A stretch of 64,000 bases of DNA from Nanobdellota archaeon (GTDB lineage Archaea; Nanobdellota; Nanobdellia; Pacearchaeales; GW2011-AR1), in assembly GCA_030688225.1 (NCBI GenBank), contig JAUYIO010000021.1:12080-76079 (forward strand), read 5' to 3'. Position numbers and translations under genes: made by a program. This document shows positions 59,015 through 64,000 of this stretch, piece after piece. Below the pieces are notes generated by a model. The model ran no database searches. It was not told where the DNA came from and saw only the letters and a list, made by a program, of their open reading frames with translations. How positions within the stretch are numbered: the first letter of the stretch is position 1; every line of letters starts with the position of its first letter.

Positions 59015-59224
59015 ATGGGTAAAAAATTATTAGAAACAAATTTAGGAAATTGGGGAGAAACTGCATTCGTATATAATGGAAAAAGGGTTATGGATTTACA
59101 AGAATTGCCAGAAATATTAAGTAAAGAATGTAATCCTTATATTACTGGAAATAATGAAGGAGTTATAGTTTATCTTTCTAAAGAAGAATTTGAGAAAATA
59201 AAACAAAAGACAAACATAAAATAA
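59015..59224 (+). CDS. ORFan between rpl23 and rpl2
   Basis: 69 aa; 0-nt and 1-nt gaps to its neighbours. Confidence 0.6.
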   Translation: MGKKLLETNLGNWGETAFVYNGKRVMDLQELPEILSKECNPYITGNNEGVIVYLSKEEFEKIKQKTNIK

Positions 59225-59225
59225 A

Positions 59226-59924
59226 ATGGGAAAAAGAATAATTGTTCAGGCGCGTGGAAAAGGAAGTCATACTTACAGAGTCAGAAGACAAGCATTTAGA
59301 TTTAAACTGCAATTCCCAAAAATGCTCTCTGGAGAAGGAACTGTTTTAAAACTGATGAACTCTGCAGGACATAGTGCTCCGTTGGCCAAAGTAAAATATG
59401 AAAAAGGAAGTTTTTACATCCCTGCTTTCAAAGGCATGGTTGAAGGACAAAAATTGAATTTTGAAGGAAAAGAAATAAAAGAAGGAAATATAATGAGATT
59501 GAGAGATATTCCAATAAAAACATTTGTTTATAATGTTGAATCAAGGCCTGGGGATGGAGGGATTTTCATAAAAACTGCAGGAAGCTCTGCAATAATTAAT
59601 AGAAAAATGGAAAAAAGTGTTTTTGTGGTTATGCCTTCAAAAAAAGAAAAGAAATTTAATGAAAATTGCAGAGCAATTGTAGGGGAAATTGCTGGAACAG
59701 GAAGACTTGACAAACCACTCATGAAAGCTGGTAAGCAATTTCACATCAAAAAATCAAAAAGTAAATTATGGCCAAGAACATCTGCAGTAAAGATGAATGT
59801 AATAGATCATCCATTTGGTTCTGGTAGAGGAAAAAATCCTAAGAGCAAAGTTGCGAAGAGGAATGCTCCTCCTGGAAGAAGAGTTGGATTGTTAAGGCCA
59901 AGAAGAACAGGACACAGAAAATGA
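59226..59924 (+). CDS. rpl2: ribosomal protein L2
   Basis: MGKRI..QARGKG, WPRT....MN..DHPFG.G, PPGRRVG. Confidence 0.97.
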   Translation: MGKRIIVQARGKGSHTYRVRRQAFRFKLQFPKMLSGEGTVLKLMNSAGHSAPLAKVKYEKGSFYIPAFKGMVEGQKLNFEGKEIKEGNIMRLRDIPIKTFVYNVESRPGDGGIFIKTAGSSAIINRKMEKSVFVVMPSKKEKKFNENCRAIVGEIAGTGRLDKPLMKAGKQFHIKKSKSKLWPRTSAVKMNVIDHPFGSGRGKNPKSKVAKRNAPPGRRVGLLRPRRTGHRK

Positions 59925-60328
59925 GAACAAAAAAAATAATTAAACAAATATCCCGAAGAGAAAAATTGAAATCTCCTAAAAATATTCCTGTTGAAAAAAG
60001 ACACGGAAAGATAAAGATTACTGAAATAAGTAATAGAGAGGAATTGAGATACTTAACTCGGGGAGCAGTGATACAGACTAATTACGGAAATTTAACTTTT
60101 GCTCATTTTTATAAGGGGAAAAATGAAGTTGAATTCATCAAACAACTTGATAAAGAAAGAGGGAAGATAATTTCCTATGATGTAGATATAAGAAACGGGA
60201 GTATAAACCTAATTGGAAAAGGCTTGGAGATAAAAAGTTGCCCTTTTGTATTATATTCTGAACAGAGTAAAGAAGAATATGAAATCAGAAAGAGGATATT
60301 AACTAAAGCAGGATTATGGAGAAACTAA
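59921..60328 (+). CDS. ORFan between rpl2 and rps19
   Basis: 135 aa; ATGA overlap upstream, 1-nt gap downstream. Confidence 0.6.
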   Translation: MRTKKIIKQISRREKLKSPKNIPVEKRHGKIKITEISNREELRYLTRGAVIQTNYGNLTFAHFYKGKNEVEFIKQLDKERGKIISYDVDIRNGSINLIGKGLEIKSCPFVLYSEQSKEEYEIRKRILTKAGLWRN

Positions 60329-60329
60329 A

Positions 60330-60728
60330 ATGGAAAACGTAGAAAAAAAACAATTAACATTCAGAGGAAAAACAATTGAAGAATTGCAAAAGCTAGATGT
60401 GAGAGAATCTGCAAAATATTTCAAATCTCGTCAGAGAAGAGCTGTATTGAGACAGTTCCAGGAAATTGAGAATTTTATTAAGAGAGCACAAGTAAAACTT
60501 TCCAAAAATAAACCAATCAAAACTCATTTCAGAGAACTAGTAATTGTTCCTCAGATGGTTGGAATGAAATTACAAATTTATAATGGTAAAACTTTTGTCC
60601 CTGTAGAAATTACTGGAGAGATGCTTGGGCACAGATTTGGAGAATTTTCACCGACGAGAACAAAGGTTAAACACGGAAGTGCAGGAGTTGGTGCGACAAG
60701 AGGAACTAAACATAAAGCTAAGAAATAA
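60330..60728 (+). CDS. rps19p: ribosomal protein S19 (uS19)
   Basis: FRGKT.EEL, KTH.R, EMLGHRFGEFS.TR..V.HG. Confidence 0.96.
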   Translation: MENVEKKQLTFRGKTIEELQKLDVRESAKYFKSRQRRAVLRQFQEIENFIKRAQVKLSKNKPIKTHFRELVIVPQMVGMKLQIYNGKTFVPVEITGEMLGHRFGEFSPTRTKVKHGSAGVGATRGTKHKAKK

Positions 60729-60729
60729 A

Positions 60730-61053
60730 ATGAGAACAATAAATGTATACGATACTGCAAAGGGAAGAGACATAATGAATTATTTAGCAAATAATGGAAT
60801 AGATAGTGATAGTATTCAAATTTGGGGGCATAAAAATCAAGTTGAGGTAAGTGATGAGGAAATTTTCCAGAAAATTGTTAAAGTTACAGGGCAAAAACAA
60901 TTAAGAAAATTTCACGGCTTAGATTTTTGGACAAAGATTCCTCGTGATGGAAGCAATTCTCCTCACGAAATTTTAGTTTGTTTAGATATGGAAAGAACCC
61001 AACAATTTTTAAGAAAATACGGAAGAGAATACGAGGTAGTTAGAATAAAATGA
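60730..61053 (+). CDS. ORFan between rps19 and rpl22
   Basis: 107 aa from ATG 60730; ATGA overlap with L22. Confidence 0.6.
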   Translation: MRTINVYDTAKGRDIMNYLANNGIDSDSIQIWGHKNQVEVSDEEIFQKIVKVTGQKQLRKFHGLDFWTKIPRDGSNSPHEILVCLDMERTQQFLRKYGREYEVVRIK

Positions 61054-61676
61054 CAGAAAAAGATTACAATCCAGAGAGAAGGAATAAAAAAGTTATGGAG
61101 AATTCTAAATTAAATTCTCCGAAACCAACTACAAATCCTGAAATAAAAAAGACAGCAAATCAAACCAAAGAAGAAATCAAAAAAGAAGAACAAAAAAATG
61201 ATGAAAAGAAAGTTGAAGAAAAAGCAAAACCTGTTCAAAAGAAACCTGTTGTAAAGAAAAATGAGGCTATTGTTAGAGGAAGTAGTCTTGCAATCTCTAC
61301 AAAAGTTTCAAGAGATATTTGCAAATTTATCAAGAACAAAAAAATCAGCGACGCTGTTGCAGATTTGGAGATGGTAATAAGAAAGAAAAAAGCAGTTCCA
61401 ATGAAAGGGGAAATCCCTCACAGAAAAGGGAAAATAATGGCAGGAAGATTTCCTAAAAATGCTTCAGAAGAATTTGTAAAGATGTTAAAAACACTTGGGG
61501 CAAATTCAAATGTGAATGGATTAGAAAATCCAATAATTACTGAAGCTATTGCAAATATTGCTCCGCGTCCTTTTGGAAAATTCGGAAGAGTTAGAAGAAA
61601 AAGAACACATGTTTTAATTAAATGCAAGGAAAAGAAAAATGTTACAGAAAGCAAAAATAAGGAGAATAAAAAATAA
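61050..61676 (+). CDS. rpl22: ribosomal protein L22 with charged N-terminal extension
   Basis: ISTK....IC..IK, AVPM...IPHRKG...GRFP, KRTHV. Confidence 0.94.
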   Translation: MTEKDYNPERRNKKVMENSKLNSPKPTTNPEIKKTANQTKEEIKKEEQKNDEKKVEEKAKPVQKKPVVKKNEAIVRGSSLAISTKVSRDICKFIKNKKISDAVADLEMVIRKKKAVPMKGEIPHRKGKIMAGRFPKNASEEFVKMLKTLGANSNVNGLENPIITEAIANIAPRPFGKFGRVRRKRTHVLIKCKEKKNVTESKNKENKK

Positions 61677-61731
61677 TGGAAGCAAATTATAAATTTTCAC
61701 ACATTAAAAAATTACTTGGAGGTTATTTTTA

Positions 61732-62430
61732 ATGGAAGAAAGAAAAACTGTTAATTTTAAGAAAGAAGAATACAATATTCGTGAATATATCAAAAATTTC
61801 ATCGGGAAAGGAAAAGTTAGCAGAGTTAAAATTGAATACACTCCTATGGGAGAAAAGATAATCGTGTCAACGAATAAACCTGGTTTGGTTATTGGAAGAG
61901 GGGGAGAGAAAATTGAAGAATTGACAAAAGTTTTGAAAGATAAATTTAAACTTGAAAATCCAAGAATTGAAATTGACGAGATAAGAGAAGCTGAATTAGA
62001 TGCGCAGATAATGGCTGATGAAATTGCGTTGGGATTGGAAAGATTAGGGCCTATAAAATTCAAAGTTATTGCATACAAAACATTGCAGAAGATAATGGAC
62101 AGAGGAGCTTTAGGAGTTGAAATAAGATTGAACGGAAAACTTCCAGGTGCAAGAGCAAAAGCATGGAGATTTGCACAGGGATATTTGAAAAAAGTCGGAG
62201 ACAGTGCAAAAGTTGTAGATAAAGCTCAAGCAAGAGCTGAAACAAAACCTGGAACAGTAGGAGTAAAAGTTAGCATTTTATCCCCTTATGTGAAATTAAA
62301 AGATAATGTTGTTATTGATGAGAATTTTTTAAAAAAAATAAAAGATAACGAAGGGAAAATGGAAGATGAAAAAGAAAAAAAGACAATTAAAAAACCAAGA
62401 AAAACAACTAAAAAAATTGAAGGAAAATGA
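61732..62430 (+). CDS. rps3: ribosomal protein S3
   Basis: KPGLVIGRGG..I, GA.GVEI...GKL.GARA, G..GVKV.I. Confidence 0.96.
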   Translation: MEERKTVNFKKEEYNIREYIKNFIGKGKVSRVKIEYTPMGEKIIVSTNKPGLVIGRGGEKIEELTKVLKDKFKLENPRIEIDEIREAELDAQIMADEIALGLERLGPIKFKVIAYKTLQKIMDRGALGVEIRLNGKLPGARAKAWRFAQGYLKKVGDSAKVVDKAQARAETKPGTVGVKVSILSPYVKLKDNVVIDENFLKKIKDNEGKMEDEKEKKTIKKPRKTTKKIEGK

Positions 62431-62624
62431 AAAACAAAGAACTTAAACAACTGACAAAAGAAGATAGAGAGAAAAGACTAAAAGAATTAAAGCTTGAATT
62501 AATAAAATCAAAAGGAAAAGCATCTAAAACAGGAAATGCAAAAACAAAAGAAATCAAAAAAATAATTGCAAGAATTATCATGCTCAACAAAACTGATTCA
62601 TCAGGGGAGTTGAAAAATAAATAA
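62427..62624 (+). CDS. rpl29: ribosomal protein L29
   Basis: KLKELKLEL-like helix...IKKIIARI; operon position. Confidence 0.9.
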   Translation: MKNKELKQLTKEDREKRLKELKLELIKSKGKASKTGNAKTKEIKKIIARIIMLNKTDSSGELKNK

Positions 62625-62626
62625 CT

Positions 62627-62923
62627 ATGGAAATATGTCCAAAATGCGGCTTGCCGAAGCAAGCCTGTGTGTGCGAACAGATTGTAAAAGGTTCGCAGAG
62701 GATAAAGGTAACAACCACAAAGAAGCGATATGGAAAAATCGTGACGATTGTTACTGGATTTGACAGCGGAATCGACGTAAAGAAGATCGCAAAAAGCCTG
62801 AAAAATGAGCTTGCTTGCGGTGGGACTTACAAAGGCGATTCAATTGAATTGCAAGGAGACCACAAGAAGAGAATAAAAGAACTTCTTGTTAAACTTGGAT
62901 TTGATGAAGAGTCAATAGAATAA
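62627..62923 (+). CDS. translation initiation factor SUI1/aIF1
   Basis: CPKCGLP...C.C, RYGK.VT, LACGGT, IELQGDH. Confidence 0.95.
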   Translation: MEICPKCGLPKQACVCEQIVKGSQRIKVTTTKKRYGKIVTIVTGFDSGIDVKKIAKSLKNELACGGTYKGDSIELQGDHKKRIKELLVKLGFDEESIE

Positions 62924-62951
62924 CTTCCTTTATCACACAAGAAAAAAGAAA

Positions 62952-63305
62952 ATGGAAAAGAAAACAAAGAAAAAAACAGAAGAGAAAGCAGAAAACATAG
63001 CTGGAACTATGTGCAACGACAAAACTTGCCCAAAACATGGTAATTTAAAAATCAGAGGAAAAATCTTTGAAGGGAAAGTAACAAAGAAATTCCTTAAGAG
63101 AGTTGTTGTTGAATTTGAAAGAATGGTTTATATTAGAAAATATGAGAGGTATGCAAAAGCCAGAACAAAAATACATGCGAGATTGCCGACTTGTCTTGAA
63201 AATGAAATTCACGTAGGAGATTTAATAAAAGTCCAAGAATGCAGACCTTTAAGCAAGATAATTCATTTTGCAGTCATTGGAAAAATCGGAGGAAAAAGTA
63301 AATGA
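62952..63305 (+). CDS. rps17: ribosomal protein S17
   Basis: CPKHGNL..RG, KYERY, GD....ECRPLSK. Confidence 0.96.
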   Translation: MEKKTKKKTEEKAENIAGTMCNDKTCPKHGNLKIRGKIFEGKVTKKFLKRVVVEFERMVYIRKYERYAKARTKIHARLPTCLENEIHVGDLIKVQECRPLSKIIHFAVIGKIGGKSK

Positions 63306-63703
63306 AATCAATTTCGGCAAGAGCAACAGCAGGATTGAATTTAGGTGCAAAAGTAATTGCTGCGGACAATAGTGGGGCAGAGATTGTTAGACTCGTCGGA
63401 GTTAAGAGAGGAAAAGGAAAAAAAGGAAAACAAATGTGTGCTAAAATTGCAGACTGGGTAAAAGTTAGTGTGAAGAAAGGGATTCCGGACATGAAAGGGA
63501 AAGTATTTGATGCAGTTGTTATAAGACAAAAAAAATCGTACAGAAGATTAAACGGAGAAAGAATTGCATTTGAAGATAATGCGGTTGCAATATTAAAGGA
63601 CGAAAAAGGAAATCCAAAAGGAACAAAAATCAAAGGACCAATTGCAAGGGAGGTTCAGGAGCGATGGGGAAGTGTTGCAAAAATCGCTTCAATTGTATAT
63701 TAA
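63302..63703 (+). CDS. rpl14: ribosomal protein L14
   Basis: ADNSGA, AVVIRQ, FEDNAV, GT.IKGP.ARE. Confidence 0.96.
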   Translation: MKSISARATAGLNLGAKVIAADNSGAEIVRLVGVKRGKGKKGKQMCAKIADWVKVSVKKGIPDMKGKVFDAVVIRQKKSYRRLNGERIAFEDNAVAILKDEKGNPKGTKIKGPIAREVQERWGSVAKIASIVY

Positions 63704-63704
63704 G

Positions 63705-63950
63705 ATGAAAGATAAAAATAAATATTTAGATGGAAGAAGTGCTGTTAAAAAAATGAGGGATTTATTGGGAGATATATGGAGACAAAATGAGTTAAGACCA
63801 TTTTATAATGAAAGTCTTGAATGGATAAATAAAAATTATAAGGAAGCAAGAGATTCAGCAATAGCTTTTGGGAAAGATGTATCGAGATATCCAAAAAAGA
63901 TAAGATGGCAAACAGCAGGATTAGAAATTATAGAGGGGGTTAGAAGTTGA
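63705..63950 (+). CDS. ORFan between rpl14 and rpl24
   Basis: 81 aa from ATG 63705, 1 nt after the L14 stop. Confidence 0.6.
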   Translation: MKDKNKYLDGRSAVKKMRDLLGDIWRQNELRPFYNESLEWINKNYKEARDSAIAFGKDVSRYPKKIRWQTAGLEIIEGVRS

Positions 63951-63954
63951 TAAA

Positions 63955-64000
63955 ATGAAAAAGAAATTTTCAACAGCGTGGAAAGCAAGCAAACAGCCTC
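63955..64000 (+). CDS. rpl24: ribosomal protein L24, N-terminus only (runs off the window)
   Basis: MKKKFSTAWKASKQP matches the archaeal uL24 SKQP(RKQR) start; operon position. Confidence 0.8.
   Translation, partial: MKKKFSTAWKASKQP

Noticed and set aside
60625-60729. Long N-terminal extensions of insert ORFs in the track (also 63642-63704 and 7032-7061)
   Set aside because: They overlap upstream genes and use non-ATG starts; downstream ATGs at the junctions are more plausible

Overview
AT-rich, gene-dense archaeal chromosome segment using the standard genetic code. It is most consistent with a DPANN archaeon (Pacearchaeota-like), based on a fused PriS-PriL primase, form III-type RuBisCO plus AMP phosphorylase, class I LysRS, a pacearchaeosortase-like protein and an S-layer gene. 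The window holds core information-processing genes: CysRS, LysRS, PCNA, Cbf5, FtsZ/SepF, aIF5A, Spt5, Rpo12, three tRNAs, and ribosomal protein clusters S19e-L39e-L31e, L1-L10-P1 and L3 through L24. It also holds a large cell-surface region (class III signal peptide proteins, Cys-rich secreted proteins, S-layer proteins). Main unusual observations: (1) a gene whose 3' end looks like the variable repeat of a diversity-generating retroelement (DGR), with no RT in the window; (2) at least eight unrelated ORFans placed tightly between consecutive ribosomal protein genes, one flanked by a 9-bp direct repeat; (3) an unannotated 16-aa Lys-rich micro-gene with its own promoter, SD and terminator; (4) beta-defensin-like 6-Cys modules in a surface protein; (5) several structured or switch-like 5' leaders. 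All family calls come from motif recognition by eye; no database searches were run.
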